Below, one piece after another: positions 62,416-64,000 of a DNA stretch of 64,000 bases. The position numbers and the translations under genes are program-made. The notes under the pieces were generated by a model. That model saw nothing but the letters and a program-made list of their open reading frames with translations, was not told the DNA's origin and ran no database searches. The first letter of the stretch is position 1. The number at the start of each line of letters is the position of its first letter. The DNA is taken from positions 11,815,559 to 11,879,558 of the forward strand of contig MU053934.1 of the NCBI GenBank assembly GCA_013239625.1. The letters run 5' to 3'. Source of the DNA: Lama guanicoe. Its lineage: Eukaryota.

Positions 62416-64000
62416 CCTGGCATGTGAACGGCACCCCAGTCTCCACGGTGCTGCCGTGTGCCAGGGCCGGCGGTCTATGGGGAGAGGACAAATCCCTTGC
62501 CGAGGGTTTAGCTCAAATTGAGCTACAGCCCCAGCAAAATTAGATGGGGTGGCTGTCTGTCTGGGGAACGTCCACGCACCTCAGGGTTTCGGAAGCTGCA
62601 GGGCTGCAGCAGGAGGGGGCAGGGACAAGGGTCCTGGCCAAGGACGCCCTGGGAGCACACGCACCTGCCCCGAGTGCAGCCTCGGCCCCTGGCTTGCTCA
62701 CACGCTGGTTTCCTGCAGCCACGGAGCCACGCAGCCACGCACTCAGCAGAGGGGCTGCAACGAGACCAGCTTCTTTACAGGCACAATTCTTTGGTGAGAG
62801 AAAAACCAGCCAGCCAACCAGCAAAAGATGCACAAAAGCTGGGTGTCCAACGTCCTGCCAGCTGCTGGACCAGGGCTCCAGGGTGGCGGCGCTCTGCCCC
62901 AAGCCACGGGGGATGGGGCAGCCACCCAGGGGAGGGGTCCCGATGGAGCCTCCCCTGCACCCGGGATACGAGCTGCCCACCTGGCAGGACCCTGGGAAGG
63001 ACAGGAAGAAATGGCCGGTGGCCATTTCTCCCCAAAGGGCCTGGTCAGCGCACAGAGCCTGCAAAGGTGACCGGCAGGCCAGACGGTGCCGCCCTGAGCC
63101 TCGCGCCACGGGTCTGGGCGGTCCCGGGAGTAACATGAATGCCCCAGCAAGGCGGTTAGAGAACACGGCTCACCATCTGCTCCTGGGCGGCGGATGCACG
63201 TGTACATTTCAAGGCTCCGGTAAGCTCCTCGGGTAACAATGAAAAAGAAAGGAGGGGAGGGGAGGAGCGAGTGAAGACCACTGCCAGGAAGCAGAGGCCA
63301 GTAATCTCCCAACTTCAAGCTTTGGCGACATCCAGCCATCGGAACACCCTAGACTTCACTACCAAAAAATGAGACTTCTATTTAAAAAAAAAAAAAAAAC
63401 CTAAGTAATTGAAAGGCAAAGTGTAACTGGAGGAAGCACGCCTCCTGCTCTGAGGAGCCAGTCAGTGTCCCGCCTTGTCTGCAAGGACCCTGGGCCGTTA
63501 CCACCAGGACCCAGGTCAGGGGTCAGGCCCCGCCGGACGGGAGGGTAGCCTCCCCAGTCGGCCTCCTCTTTGCCCGCCAGCTGGCAGCCACGGAGAAGGA
63601 AGCTGGGCCCCATGGACCAGCGCGGGGCACCCGGCTCTCGGCGTCCTAGTTCTCAAACCCAGGGGCGTTAACTTGCAGGGAGTAGAATCTACCATCTCCC
63701 AGTTTTAGGGTTTCGTCGGTGCTTCCCAGGACCCAGCTCCCCACCTCAGGGTCCACAGCCCACCGACCTTGCACGACCTTGGGCTGATCGCTCTCGACAC
63801 CCACCAGTTTTCCCACCTGTGATGTGGGGTCCAGGGATCCTGAGGGCTTGGGGGGCAGCACGATGACTTTGGGGCCCTGAGCAGAGCCTCGGCTTCAGCC
63901 CGTCATCACGATGGAGCCCCACTCCCCTGCGCCCTGGAGCCTCGGGCGGGAGAAGGACACACAGACACACGGGGCGGGAGGCCACCCTCAACCCCCTTGC

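Noticed and set aside
1..64000. Naming the locus or target gene, or claiming a novel multi-gene system
   Set aside because: No exon or diagnostic sequence recognised; small exons or lncRNAs cannot be excluded by eye and would need alignment or RNA-seq.

Overview
Mammalian genomic DNA, most likely camelid (alpaca/camel), inferred from a tRNA-derived Vic-1-type SINE at ~57.4 kb and artiodactyl-type L1 tails. The window is GC- and CpG-rich and looks intergenic or deep intronic. I find no credible host protein-coding gene or RNA gene. The ORF track is explained by simple repeats, GC-rich stop-poor sequence and one decayed LINE-1 ORF2 C-terminus. Supported content: microsatellites, a minisatellite, a 136-N assembly gap, many interspersed repeats (L1 fragments including a nested ~6.5 kb cluster, MLT1/MaLR LTRs, MER21, two ERV1-like solo LTRs, MER20, MIR, L2, a SINE), and about ten short AT-rich, TAAT-rich non-repeat islands. 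The most interesting signals are inferential: these islands resemble conserved developmental enhancers of a gene-desert regulatory block, and old transposons appear shifted from A/T to G/C, consistent with GC-biased gene conversion. I see no evidence of a novel multi-gene system. Repeat family names come from remembered consensus sequences and need Dfam/RepeatMasker confirmation; most boundaries are approximate.
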